The position numbers and the translations under genes are program-made. Under the pieces are notes generated by a model, which was not told the origin of the DNA, made no database searches, and saw only the letters and a program-made list of their open reading frames with translations. From Mantamonas sphyraenae STR306 (Eukaryota; Protista; CRuMs), in the NCBI GenBank assembly GCA_026936335.1, contig JAPMXV010000067.1, positions 62,001-126,000 of the forward strand: a stretch of 64,000 nt of DNA, given 5' to 3'. Positions 1-16,612 of the stretch are shown here, one piece after another; position 1 is the stretch's first letter, and every line of letters begins with the position of its first letter.

Positions 1-323
1 GCTGGGGCGACTTCAACACACGCCTGCAGATACACTTTGTCGACCCACGCAACAAGCCCATCAATCTCTACCACGACGTGCTGCTCAACCATCCCGTGCA
101 CGAAAGTCCCTACATCCTCGAACTCGACAAGCAATGGTTTCTCGACCGCAACCTGCTTCCCTCGCCCCCCTCCACCGATGATGCTCACACAGACCATGAC
201 CATGACGACCATGACGGTCACACGCATGCGGGGCAACACCACACATCCTCCTCCTCCTCCTCCTCCTCTTTCTTTGACGCTGCTGACCTTGCCACAATGG
301 CCTCGCTGGCAGCGAGTGAGTGA
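1..323 (+). CDS. YEATS-domain protein (YEATS2-like), 3' part; 5' end lies outside the window
   Basis: Frame from nt 3 reads WGDFNTRLQIHFVDPRNKPINLYHDVLL, matching the YEATS motif GWGEF..R.Q.HF.D..NK. It continues into a His/Ser-rich tail and stops at 321-323. Confidence 0.7.
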   Translation, partial: WGDFNTRLQIHFVDPRNKPINLYHDVLLNHPVHESPYILELDKQWFLDRNLLPSPPSTDDAHTDHDHDDHDGHTHAGQHHTSSSSSSSSFFDAADLATMASLAASE

Positions 324-391
324 GTGAGACGCATGGGACGAATGAACGGTCTTGCGCCCCATCCCCACCACCCCATCCCCCGTTTCCAATC

Positions 392-1123
392 ATGGCGTTC
401 CCTCTGCAGCCACTGATCATGATGCCTGTGCTGTTCTTGATGAACAAGCTGGACCTGGAGGACCCGCAGATGATTCTGTTCATTCGCATCGGGTACGGCC
501 TGAGCGTGGCTCTGGTGATTGCCATGCACCTGTACATGCGCTCCAAGATCACGGCCAACTCAAGCAAGGACACTGTGATGGTGCCCAAGACCGACGAGAT
601 GGGCCAGGTGCCCGACCCCAAGGACACAGAGCCCATCACCGTGCCCGAGTACGACATGCGCGAGTGGAAAAAGGGCGTCCAGCAGGCCGGCATGGGCATG
701 CTCATCACCCTCTTTATCTCCTACCAGTGGGGTGCCATCCGCCCGCTTTTCCTCCAGGCTGTAAGCATGCCCGTCACCCTCTTGTCCAACAAGCTGGCCC
801 GCATTTACCTCTTGGGCCAGGACCCCAAGGACAACAAGGACCTCAAGCGCCCCTTTGTCGTCGAGGGCTTCATGGACAACCTCAAGAAGCAGATGGAGGA
901 GATGGATCCCAACGGTGACAACAAGGATGCCGCCAAGAAGATCACCAACAAGGGCAAGTCCCGTGGGGCAAAGGGAAGCCGCGCCGAACTGCTCAAGCGC
1001 GCCAAGAAGGGCGACAACGACGACGACGACGCAAACGACAACGACAACGACAACGACGACACCCAGCAGGACGAACAGGACGACGACTCTGCCGACCAGG
1101 CCGACACCAAGAAGGACAAGTGA
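392..1123 (+). CDS. PHO88: PHO88/SND3-family ER membrane protein
   Basis: Hydrophobic segments plus ITVPEYD, IRPLFLQAVSMP..L.SNKLARIYLLG and DLKRPF motifs; acidic tail. Confidence 0.85.
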   Translation: MAFPLQPLIMMPVLFLMNKLDLEDPQMILFIRIGYGLSVALVIAMHLYMRSKITANSSKDTVMVPKTDEMGQVPDPKDTEPITVPEYDMREWKKGVQQAGMGMLITLFISYQWGAIRPLFLQAVSMPVTLLSNKLARIYLLGQDPKDNKDLKRPFVVEGFMDNLKKQMEEMDPNGDNKDAAKKITNKGKSRGAKGSRAELLKRAKKGDNDDDDANDNDNDNDDTQQDEQDDDSADQADTKKDK

Positions 1124-1242
1124 GCACGCATTGCGCAGGGAGAAGAAGAGCCGGAACGGAATCTGCCGAAAACAATCCATTCCTTCTTCCCACCAGACAC
1201 GCCACGTCATCAGTCATGGCGACCACAACCCCAGCCCGTGTT

Positions 1243-4057
1243 TCATTCCCACCTCCGCAGCATTTCCCCATTCATCGACACCACGTTCCGGATTTTCTTG
1301 TCACTCCATCCGATGCGAGCAAGGTCGCTGCAGCTGCCAAAGCGCCCGCCTGCTCGCTGGTCGACAATCCGTTGCGCCGTCTTGGCTCCCACTGCATGCA
1401 GACGCATCAGCTCCTTACAGCTGGCCGTGTTCAACAGCTGCACCAGCATAGGACCCACACTCACCTGTGTGTGCATGTGTCAGTTCAGTGTGTCGACACT
1501 CACCCCCCACCCCCCCGCACCCCATTTCTACTTCCCTCAAGTGGAAACACCCCTTCACACACTTACCACCAATTGTGCATACAAGGCATCCGCCTCCTCC
1601 TCCTCCCTCGTTTTCACCTTGCTTTTGCTTCCTTTGCTGCGTTTCCGTGCCTGCTTGACTGCCTTGATCTTGCCCACATCCACCACCACCCCATCCACAA
1701 AATCATCATCATCATCCTCATCCTCGCCATACCCATCCTCTCCGTGTGCCTCCGGTGTCCACTCTCCATCCCCGTCTTCCTCCTGCACATCGCTCCACGA
1801 GCGTTTGAACAGCTTCCTCGACTGCAACGGCGAGTCTGTCGCCACCACCGCATTGGCCCCTGCGTTCTCCTTGTCCACCCCCACCATCCACTGCTGCTGT
1901 TGCTGCTGCACACCTCCCGTTCGATGTGCATCCCTCTTTTGTGCCTTGAGCTCCCTGCGCCATGTGTCCAGCTTCGCCTTGAGTTTGCGGTTGTTTGGCA
2001 TCATCTCCTGTGCCTGCTGCAGCGTCACAATCGCCTCCTGAATCCTTCCCTGAGCGTGTGACTTGCGTGCCTCCACAATCCAGTCCCGTGCGCGCTCCAT
2101 TGCCGCCTTGGGTGTCGATGCCACCGCCTTGCTCGTCAATCCGTACTCGGTGTTGGCCTGCGCCACCTTGGCCGCCATCAGCTGCTGCTCCAGCTTATGC
2201 AGCCGTGCCTGCGTCGCCGCCTGCTGTGCCTTTTGATCACGCAGAAAAGGCGACAGCAGACGCTGAAAGTCTGGCATCCGCTTCAGATCCTCCAATGTCA
2301 TCATCCCTGGCGTGTGACTTCCTGCTTTCACCTCCTCCTCGTCTTCCTCCTCCTCCTCCTCCTTCTTCTTCTTCGTCATCTTCTTCGATGCTTCTTCTTC
2401 CACAACCATTGCAGATTTGCCATGCGAGCTCGCCTTGGGTGTGGTCATCCCTGCCCCACCACTGCCACTCCCACTGCTGACCCCTCCACTGGACTCGCTC
2501 TTCCCACGTCGTGCCTTCCATGCCTCCAACCGCATACGCATGTCCCTTTCCGCCTGGGCCTTGTCCATGCCCACGCCTCCGCCCATCGGCGCACGCACGC
2601 CAAAGCGCATCTTGCGTGCCAGTGCACTGCGTTGCTGCTTGTCCTCCCCTGCCCCCATCGACGACGAACAGGGCATGTCGTGGCTGTGCACAGCCACGTG
2701 GTTCACCACCTCCTTGCTCTTGGTGGCAAAGTTCAACGTCTGGTACGTCTCCCACTGGAACTGGGTGCTGGGTGCAATGTTGGCAATCATGATGGCGCGT
2801 GACTTGCCACCCAGCGAGTCTTGCAGAAGCCGTGTCAGCTTGCTGTCCCTGTACGGCACCCGGATGGTGTGTTCGTCATTCAGTGCGTCCACCACCTTGC
2901 CCAGCACAAACAGCGACTTGTTGATGTTCCCACTCTCCGTCAGCCGTTTGCCCGTGTTTCCCGACCGTCGGTTGTCCTCCGATCCCGCCAAGTCGATCAG
3001 ATGCAACTTGCCCGTGAGCAGCTTCCCGTCCCGTTCCGTGCACACCTTGACAATCACCAACGCATGGCTGCGACTCGACCTCGAGTTCAAATTCGTCGAT
3101 CCCACCGTGCGGTTGTTGCATCCCCGTTCGTACAGACTGTGAAACTCGCTCAGTTCACACACCGTCTCCTCCGTCAGGCCGGGAATCAGAATGTTCCCGT
3201 GCTTGTCTTCACGGATCGGCAAATCCGTCGCCTCGTCACTTCCACCCCCGCCGGCACTCCCTCCACTCCCTCCTCCACTGCTATGCTGCGACTGACTGCT
3301 GTCCCCTGCTGCCAGCAAATCCAACACCTTTTCGTTGTAGATCTCTGCATAGCTGATGCTCACCCTGCACCGCTCCTCCTTCTTTGCCGCCTGCAGCACG
3401 TACCGCACCGAACGCGGAATCACACCGGCGTCCTTCTTGCTCCCCTGCATCGTAAATGTCTTGCCTGCTCCCGTGATGCCGTATGCAAAGCACGTCACGT
3501 TGATTCCCGACAGCAGTTTCTTCAGATGTCCGCGGATCTCCTTTTCAAACAACTGCGCCTGCGTGCATGTCTCGTCGTACGCACTGTCGAAACTGTCCTC
3601 ACGCACCCGGAACCTCGTGTCAGTGTCCACCATCCCTTCCACCCTCTCTCACAATCCCTCCTGTCCATCCACTCCCGCCGTCCCACTTGACGTCTCCGAG
3701 CGCGCCAAAAAGCGTTCCCGATTTGAATCTCTCGTCAAACGGTCACCGCGTCCGCACGCCAACTGTGTTCTGCACATTGCCATGGTCGTGCGTATCTTTG
3801 CATGCATGCCTCACCCTCACTCTCACTCATACACACACTCACTTGTACTGAAGCATTTCGCCACGCTGTTTGGGGTTCTCCATGAGCACGACACGGTCCG
3901 AAGCGCCGCGAGCCGAGCTCGTCTCGTCTGCCCCTTCCTTGTCCTGCACAAACACACACTGACTTTGCTTTTCGTGCTCCAGCGTTGGCCTGAGACGCAC
4001 CACCACCTTGACCTTCTTGCTGGACTGCTGCTTGCTGCTGTTCACCCGCTTGGACAT
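1243..4057 (-). CDS. KIF22: Kinesin-10 (KIF22/Kid-like chromokinesin) with C-terminal helix-hairpin-helix; spliced
   Basis: Motor motifs KVKVVVRLRP, GITGAGKT, SSRSH, DLAGSED and VPYRDSKLTRLLQDSLGG. Last exon has the HhH motif LLNTASCKELMRLHAVGAKTA. Confidence 0.88.
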
Positions 4058-4118
4058 TCGTTTGTTCTATGTTGCCTGCGACGCCGCCACACCCAACCCA
4101 AAACACCCAACCCCCGTC

Positions 4119-4833
4119 ATGCGCGTCACAAACACTCTCAAGACAAAGGCCAAGCTCGTGGAGCTGGTTGCCCAGTACCCGGAAGTCGGCTCCAAGGCTG
4201 CTGCTGGCAAGCTGCTTGATCGCGTGCGTTGCTCGTTTTCCCGCTTCTTTCATCCTGCACACAATTTGTAACCTCGCCCCAAGCTGCACTCACGGCCCCT
4301 CCCTCCTCCTGGCCTTCTCCGCTGCATCCCCCCGTCCCATTTGCACCCTATGGACAAGTCGCTTGCCTCCTTGCCGTCCCCACTCATGCTCCTGCCTGCC
4401 GTTTTGTTCCTGGTCCTTGGTTTCCGTCCTCACCTCCGCTCTCTGACACTCCACACACTTCCTCCCCACAGCTGTTTTCCGATATCACCGCCCTCATCCT
4501 CGAGAACGGCGAGTTCCGCTTCCCGCACTTTGGCACCTTCCGCGTACGTGCCCTCTCCATCCCCCAGGACCGTGCCTCTGTTTTTGGCGCCTTTCCATCC
4601 CATCCGTTCGCTGACCCACACCCGTCCCTACGCCCCCCCTCCAGATCAAGCCGCGTCAGGAGCGTCGCATCACCCACGTGCTTTCCGGAGAGCAGATCAC
4701 CATCCCCAAGCGCATGGGACTGGCCTTCAAGCCGGCCAAGAGCACCAAGAGCGTCATCCAGCGCTACGAGGCCTCCTCCTCCTCCTCCTCGTCTTCCTCC
4801 AACAGCAGCGAGGGTATCTTTAACCGATGGTGA
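4119..4833 (+). CDS. Bacterial-type HU/IHF histone-like DNA-binding protein; 3 exons (4119-4223, 4472-4543, 4645-4833)
   Basis: Spliced product: MRVTNTLKTKAKLVELVAQYPEVGSKAAAGKLLDR|LFSDITALILENGEFRFPHFGTFR|IKPRQERRITHVLSGEQITIPKRMGLAFKPAKSTKSVIQRYEA-polyS-NSSEGIFNRW. Both introns are phase 0 (GTGCGT..CAG, GTACGT..CAG) with CTGAC branch sites. Matches HU motifs TK..L, FGTF, GE.I.IP and F.P.K..K. Confidence 0.85.
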
Positions 4834-4892
4834 ACATGCGGCAACAATGGATGCCAATGTGTATTCCTCCTGAAATCGCCGCCACTCTCTCA

Positions 4893-9776
<4,884 letters not shown>

Positions 9777-12700
9777 CTACATGAACCCGAATCCCACCAC
9801 CCCTTGCTCTTCATCTGCCTCCATGCTTTTGACCAGCTCGTGCAGTTTGCTGATGCTATCGTTCAGCCGGATGGGATCCTCGTGACCCACCCCTGGGCCA
9901 TCTGCTGTTTCCCGCGTGTTTGCTCTTCTGCGCCTTGCTGTGCTACCTCCACCACCACCTCCACCTCCTCCTCCGACCCCACCCACCCTGCTCGATCGCA
10001 CACGCCCCACCATATCCAACACACTCTCCAATTCCTCGTCCCTGGTCACCCCACTGGCCATGGATACGCTTTGCCCCTGCCCATTCCCATTCCCCTGCAA
10101 CTGTCCTTCCATCCCATCCACCATCTCGTGCAACTTGCGCATGGCACTCTCCAACCGTCCCTGCTGCTTGGCCAACTCGCTGTGGCCACTGGACACCTGC
10201 TGCACCCTCGTCAACGCCTCCCCAGCAAGCTCCTCCACCGTCACCAGCCTGTTGCGCACCTCCCTTGCCTCCTCCTCCTCCCGACTCACGCTGTTGCGCA
10301 CAAACCGGCTCACATACTTTTCCATGCGCTCTTCAAACTCCTCCTGCCTGGCCATGGCCGTGTTGACCTCTGCACGTGCATCCTGCGCTGCCACCAACGC
10401 ACGCTCCATGGCCGCCCCACTCTCCGACCCGATGCGTTCCATGTCCCGTCGCTGACTCAACAGGGCACTCTTCAGATCGTCTTCCACCGCCTGGATGCCC
10501 CTGCCCAGCTCGTTGAACTGGCTCACCACGTCGTTGATCTTTTCACGCTGCGCACGCACCCGTTCGTCGTACACCGCACACTCCTTGTGCACCTGCCGTT
10601 GCACCTCTGTGCGCACACTCGCCATTTCCAGCTGTTTGTCACGCACTCGCATCAGTCCTGCCTCCATCTCCTTCATCCGCAGGCTGCCCTCGTGATGCCT
10701 CTCTTCCACCTCGGCTCCCAGTTTGCCCATCCGCTCCTGCACCCACGCCTTCAGATCCGCAAAATCCTCCTTGCTGCCCATACCCATGCCCATGCCCCCT
10801 TCCTTGGCCCCGGCCAATGCACTCCGCTCCCTGTTCAGCCTCTCCACGTTGCTTGCCAGCTCGCCAAACTTGCCGCTGAACGACGCCATTCGCTGCTCCA
10901 CTCGCCGTCCGCTGTCCACCGCATCGGCCACCTGCGACGCCACACGCGACTCCACCGCCTGCAACGACTCACTCAGTCTGTCCCACTGATCCTGCACCCG
11001 TGTGTTGAGATCGCCCGTGCTGCGTGTCACCGTGCTTTCCAGCGAGCGCAGCTGGTGCTCCACACTCGACTCCAGAATGCTGAGTTTGTGCGATTGGTCC
11101 TGTACCGTCGGTGCCATCTCTTCCACCTCCCGTTGCAGTCTGTTCACACGCGTCTCACCCTTGGCCACCTCGTTCTGCACACTCTCCACCATCCGTTTCA
11201 CCTGTCCCTCCACGCTCTCCTTCTGCTGTCGCAACACCTGTCGCATGCGTTCTTCCACCTTGCTCACCCGCTCCTCCATGCTCTTTTCCACCCCACGCAG
11301 CTCATCCGCACTGACCCCTCCTCCCTGCTTGCTTTCAGCCCCGTCGTCCATCATCATCATGCCACGTCGTCCCTCCATCATCATCAACAGCTCCTGCGTG
11401 TGTACAGACGACCGCGACGCACTCGTTTGCTCCTGGATGCCCATCAGTTGGTTTTCCAGCGCCCCCAATCGTCGTGCCGCTCGCTCGCTGTCTGCCTGCT
11501 GCACACGCATGGCCTCCTGCACACTCCGTGCCACAGAGCCCACTTCGCTCTTGTTGCTTCCCACACGCTCCTCCAACGCCGCCAGCCTGTCCACCAGCTT
11601 TTCAATCAACTCGTTCTGTGCACTCACCCGTGCCTCCAACGCGGCCACCGTCTTGTTTGTCGCCGTGCTGGCTCTATTCACATCCTGTGCCAGCTGTGTT
11701 TTCAGCCGATTCTGTTGCGTTTCCATCCCCTTTTGTGCTGCCGCCACCGTGTCCTGCATCACACGCATGGCCGACCCGTTCTCCTGCGCCGCAACCTCCA
11801 TCTGATGCGCCACCTTGCGTTCCAACGAGTGGATGGCATCCTCCAACGCGTGTCGAAAGTCGCCCAACGCATTCGTTTGTGTCCTCCCTTGCTCCTTCAG
11901 TTCATCCTCCAGGATTTGTTTCTGGTTGCTCATCGCCCTCTTCTGCTCCCTGTCAAGCCGCTCCACCTCCCGATCCAACCTTCCCTGCACCTCATCCTGC
12001 TTGCTCTGCAATGCCTCCATGAACTGTGTGCTGTGTTGCTCAAACAGCTCCTTGACCTGAGTGGCCAACTGTGCCAGCTGCTCTTGGGTCTCCTCCACCG
12101 TCTCGCTGTGTGCAAACACACTCAGCTCCTCACGCACCTGCTCCCTGCTGCTTCGTGTCTCCCTCTCCACCAACTCCATGTGTTCCGTATGCCATTGTTC
12201 CAATTGCTGCTCCATGTCTGCTTTCATCTCCATGCATGCTTTCACCGCAGAGCTCAGCTGCGCATCCATCTCGGCGCTCTCCGCTTGCTTCTGCTGCAAC
12301 AGCACCTGGCATGCACTTTGCACCTCTTCCACCTGTTTCTCCAGCTCCATCATGTCCCTTACTGTCTCTTCCTTGTACTGTGCCAGGCTGGCCTCCTGTG
12401 TCTCTGCGTACTCCTGGCTCAGCTTGTGCAGCTTCGTCAGCTGGCCCAGCTTGTCGTGCATCTCGCTCACCTTGATCAACTGCTCGCTTGCCATGGTTTG
12501 AAACTCCCCAAATTCTTCCAGTTGCGTTCCATACCGTTCCAGCTGTGGTCGTGTTGTGTGTCGTGTCGTGATGTGCCCAGTCAACATCGGTGTGCCGCGT
12601 GACAAATCCCGTTCCGTTCCGCGTGGGGAATGTTTTTTGGCGCCAACTCACCTCCCCTTCCAGATGGGTCACGTATGCAGACGATGCCCGTTCGGATCCA

Positions 12701-12939
12701 CTCGAAGAGCTTGTGCCTGCCTGTGTGCGTCCCGATGACGACGATGCGCCTCGTTCGCTGCCGCCTGCGTTGCTTCGTGACAACTTCAACGTGCTGCTCC
12801 CGCCTCCATGACGCACCTGCAGCAGCAAACCCGCCCCACAGTCAGTTTCCATGCCATGTTGCATTCCAACCCCCCCTGTTGGATCCCCCCCACACACACA
12901 CACACCTACCTTGCGGGAGTACGTTGAACTGTAGGACAT
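9777..12939 (-). CDS. Long coiled-coil protein of unknown function; spliced 5' end
   Basis: More than 900 aa of E/Q/L/R/M-rich heptad-like sequence. Likely first exon MSYSSTYSRK followed by a GT donor. Confidence 0.7.
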
Positions 12940-13018
12940 GGTGGCCACGCACAATTCGCTTTGCGCGACGGCGCGCAGGAAAACCGTTGGCGTTTGGGAT
13001 TGGGTTCTGGTTCAGGCC

Positions 13019-15835
13019 ATGCACAAGCGCCAGGGCAAGCTGGAGATGTTCTTTGCCAGCAAGAGTGGCACGGCACCTGTAAAGGCGCCGCTGACGACTG
13101 CGGTGGAGCGGCAAAAGGCGCGGGGCCACGTGACGACGGTGTTGGACAACGGCATGGTTGCACCACGCGTGTGCATGCACGGCCAACCGGCCATTGAACG
13201 CATCTCACAAAAGGACAACGCCAACCGGGGCCGACGCTTCTGGACATGCAACTTCCACCCGCAGTGCGACTACTTTGAATGGGACAACTCCTCAGGCGCC
13301 TTCCATGGCACCGGCGGCTCGCGCACACGCAAACCACGATCTGAAAAGGGCAAACAGGAGGAGAGGAGACGGACGCAAGAGCGCCACATCCAACAGGAGA
13401 GGTTACGCAAGGCCACAGAGGAACCTCCTGCGTGCAACCACGGCGAACCTGCCGTGCTACTCACTGTGCGCAAACCTGGTCCCAACCGTGGGCGCCAATT
13501 CTTCTCCTGCAGCTATCCCATGTCCGACAAGTGTCGCTTCTTCAAGTGGATGGAGGACTGGGAGCAGGAGCGGGGAGAAGGAGGCACCGGTGGGCGATCA
13601 GCCAGCAGCCAGCTCTCTGACAGCCAGACCAGCACCGCAAGCACCACAAGCACCTCCAGCAATTCCACTGCATCGTCCCACACAGGCCCCAAACCACGTG
13701 TCACTGCCCAAGCCATTGACAATCGCGTGTTCTGTCTGCATTCGCGTGATTTCAGCGTGCCTTTCGAGCAGTTCCTGGGAAGCCACCTGTCGCTGCGGTT
13801 GGACGAAGACCAACACCCGCAGGTGGCACACAAACTCAAACAGGAGCTGGGCAAACGCACTCGCTTTGTGTTTCCACTCTCCTCCTACGAAACCATCACC
13901 AAATCCCTGCGTGAACATGCCCAAGTCGACCCCATTCCTCGCCAGGTGCTCGCTTCCCTCCGCAAGAGCGCCACCAAAGACGAATCCTCCCCATACTTTG
14001 CCTCCTCCTCCTCGTCCTCCTCCTCATCATCATCATCCACAGACGACCGAGCCGACTTGCGAGACCTGCTGCCGGGGCAGCTGTGCGACGCACTGTTCCC
14101 GTTCCAAGTGACAGGAGTGCGGTTTGCAATGTCCAAGCAGGGCCGTGTGCTGATTGGCGATGAGATGGGATTGGGAAAGACGGTGCAGGCGCTGGCTGTG
14201 GCATGGATTTACAGGCAGGACTGGCCGTTGTTGATTGTGGTGCCATCGAGTTTGCGATACACCTGGGAGATGGAGGTGCGCAAGTGGTTGGATGTCGAGG
14301 CACACGAGGTGAGTGTGGTGACCAGCAGCAAGAAGGCAGAGGGCATGCGCAGTCGCATCACCATTGTCAGTGTGGACATGCTGCCACGGTGCAAAACCCT
14401 CCTGCAACGCAGCTACGAGTGCATCATTGTCGACGAGAGCCACTACATCAAGAACGAGACCAGCCAACGCGCAAAGGCCCTGCGTCCCATGCTACAGAGT
14501 GCCAAGCGCAGTGTGCTGCTCACGGGCACCCCGGCCCTCAACCGTCCCATCGAACTGTACAGTCAAATCACGGCGCTGCAACCCAAGCTCTTTGGCAGCA
14601 AGCGCACCTTTGCCGTGCGCTACTGCGACGGCCACCGTGGCCGATGGGGCTGGGACGAAACGGGTGCCTCCAATCTGGCCGAGCTGCACGCCGTGTTGAG
14701 CAACACCGTCATGATCCGACGTCTCAAGAAGGACGTCGAGTTGCAATTGCCGCCCAAGCGACGGCAAAAGGTGCTGTTGGACATCGGCCACAAGGATCGC
14801 ACGCAGCTGGCGATGTTGTTTCGCAAAGTGGGTGCGGTGCAGCAGCTGGCCATGAATGGCGACGAAGAGGCGGCCCAGCAATTGGGCAAACTCACCAGCG
14901 AGTTGTACGTCACCACCGGCATGGCCAAGGTCAAACCGGCCGCAGAGTACCTCAAGGGCCTGCTCGAGTGTGGTTGTCGCAAGGTGTTGCTGTTTGCTCA
15001 CCACCGCAGCGTGTTGGACGGCGTGGAAGAGAGTGTGCGAGCCCTCAAGCTGCAGTACATCCGCATCGACGGCAGCACCACCGGTGAGAAACGGTTCCAT
15101 CTGGTGAAACGCTTCCAGACCGACCCGGACGTGCGTGCGGCCGTGTTGTCCATCACCGCGGCTGGCACGGGCTTGACATTGACAGCAGCCAACAACGTGG
15201 TGTTTGTGGAGCTGTACTGGACGCCGGGCATCCTTGCACAGGCGGAGAATCGGGTGCATCGCATTGGTCAGCAGAATGCCAGTGTCATCCACTACCTGGT
15301 GGGCAAGGATACCATGGACACCCGCATCTGGCCCATGATTGAAGACAAGCTGAGCGTTCTCGGTCAGTCTCTGGACGGAGAGAGCACTCGCATGGACGCG
15401 GCAAAGGTCACTCTGCGCGACGTCAGCCAGCAGACACTCTTCCAGAAGAACTTTTTCCTTCGCATGGGCGATGCCAACGCACAGGCGGCGTCCCTAGCCA
15501 GCAGCAGCAGCAGTAGCAAGGAGGAGTTGGCGCAGCCACCGCAACAGTGGGGATCTACAAGCGAAGAGGTGTCGAGAAAGAGAGAGTTGGAAGAGGAGGA
15601 GGAGGAGGAAGGTAGTCACCACGAGGCACAGACCTCATCCAAACGGCAGCGATTGGATGACAGTGGCCAAGGACAACCGGAAGCCAAACCCAGTTTGAAC
15701 AACAGGGAAACGCTAACCCCGCAGGAGACGGGGGCAGAAACAGCCGAAGAGGTGGTGAGTCACCTGGATGGCATCGATCCGCTGGATCTGTTTGCGGAGT
15801 TGTCGGATCTCAGCGACTTTGAGAGCGACGAATGA
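13019..15835 (+). CDS. SMARCAL1/ZRANB3-like SNF2 annealing helicase with N-terminal PIP-like box and two GRF zinc fingers
   Basis: DEMGLGKT, DESH, LLTGTPALNRP.ELY, MIRRLKKDV, RIDGST and QAENRVHRIGQ motifs. Two CxHG...NRGR.F..C...C..F.W fingers. Start codon chosen as the Met of MHKRQGKLEMFF. Confidence 0.9.
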   Translation: MHKRQGKLEMFFASKSGTAPVKAPLTTAVERQKARGHVTTVLDNGMVAPRVCMHGQPAIERISQKDNANRGRRFWTCNFHPQCDYFEWDNSSGAFHGTGGSRTRKPRSEKGKQEERRRTQERHIQQERLRKATEEPPACNHGEPAVLLTVRKPGPNRGRQFFSCSYPMSDKCRFFKWMEDWEQERGEGGTGGRSASSQLSDSQTSTASTTSTSSNSTASSHTGPKPRVTAQAIDNRVFCLHSRDFSVPFEQFLGSHLSLRLDEDQHPQVAHKLKQELGKRTRFVFPLSSYETITKSLREHAQVDPIPRQVLASLRKSATKDESSPYFASSSSSSSSSSSSTDDRADLRDLLPGQLCDALFPFQVTGVRFAMSKQGRVLIGDEMGLGKTVQALAVAWIYRQDWPLLIVVPSSLRYTWEMEVRKWLDVEAHEVSVVTSSKKAEGMRSRITIVSVDMLPRCKTLLQRSYECIIVDESHYIKNETSQRAKALRPMLQSAKRSVLLTGTPALNRPIELYSQITALQPKLFGSKRTFAVRYCDGHRGRWGWDETGASNLAELHAVLSNTVMIRRLKKDVELQLPPKRRQKVLLDIGHKDRTQLAMLFRKVGAVQQLAMNGDEEAAQQLGKLTSELYVTTGMAKVKPAAEYLKGLLECGCRKVLLFAHHRSVLDGVEESVRALKLQYIRIDGSTTGEKRFHLVKRFQTDPDVRAAVLSITAAGTGLTLTAANNVVFVELYWTPGILAQAENRVHRIGQQNASVIHYLVGKDTMDTRIWPMIEDKLSVLGQSLDGESTRMDAAKVTLRDVSQQTLFQKNFFLRMGDANAQAASLASSSSSSKEELAQPPQQWGSTSEEVSRKRELEEEEEEEGSHHEAQTSSKRQRLDDSGQGQPEAKPSLNNRETLTPQETGAETAEEVVSHLDGIDPLDLFAELSDLSDFESDE

Positions 15836-15950
15836 AAGCGACATGTGTGGAAGTGTCTGATGATAGGGGAGGGGAGCTTGTGTTGGGTGTGCATACTTGC
15901 GTGGGTGCTGTGTTGCACAGTGGGAGCCAATTCGACTGTGGAACGACGGG

Positions 15951-16520
15951 ATGTTGGCCAGACGCTCGTTGAGGTCGGTGGCCGGGAGATGCACTCCACA
16001 TGAGGGGTTGGGTGTGCCATTGGGCAATCCTGTGTACAGAGGCGTGGTGGGACGTGTGTGGGGTGGTCAGGAGGCACAGAGGTGTGCCGCTGGTGCGGGG
16101 CTGCACACGACGGCGCGCGCCACGAACGCGCTGGAGAAAGGGAAGCTCAACGCGCGGTTCAACACGTTCATGATCATGCAACACCTGGAGGAGAATGGAT
16201 TCACACAACAGCAGGCGAAAACCATTGTGAGTGTGGTGCAGGACGTCATCAACCACGCCATCGAGCAAGAAATGACCAACCACAAGGTCGCCACAAAGTC
16301 CGAGGTGGAAACGCTTCGCAACGAAATCACCCTGCTGGAAAAGGCAGACTTTGCAGCCATCCGCAGCGACCTGGAACGCAACAGGAACAGTGTGGAACTG
16401 CTCAAACAGGAGCAGGAGGCCAAGCTGGCCAACCTGGACAGTTCCCTGCAACGACGCCTCTTTGGCGGCCTCTTTAGCGGCATTGCCGTCGTCACAGGCA
16501 TCATCCGCCTCCTTACCTGA
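15951..16520 (+). CDS. CCDC90/MCUR1/FMP32-like (DUF1640) mitochondrial coiled-coil protein
   Basis: Arg-rich presequence, FNTF..MQHLEENGFTQQQA, LRNEITLLEKADF, coiled coil and C-terminal TM. Confidence 0.8.
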   Translation: MLARRSLRSVAGRCTPHEGLGVPLGNPVYRGVVGRVWGGQEAQRCAAGAGLHTTARATNALEKGKLNARFNTFMIMQHLEENGFTQQQAKTIVSVVQDVINHAIEQEMTNHKVATKSEVETLRNEITLLEKADFAAIRSDLERNRNSVELLKQEQEAKLANLDSSLQRRLFGGLFSGIAVVTGIIRLLT

Positions 16521-16539
16521 TCTCACATATGCCCCGTTG

Positions 16540-16573
<34 letters not shown>

Positions 16574-16612
16574 CCAATACACACCACGCCCATTCTGTGC
16601 CAACGGAAAAAG

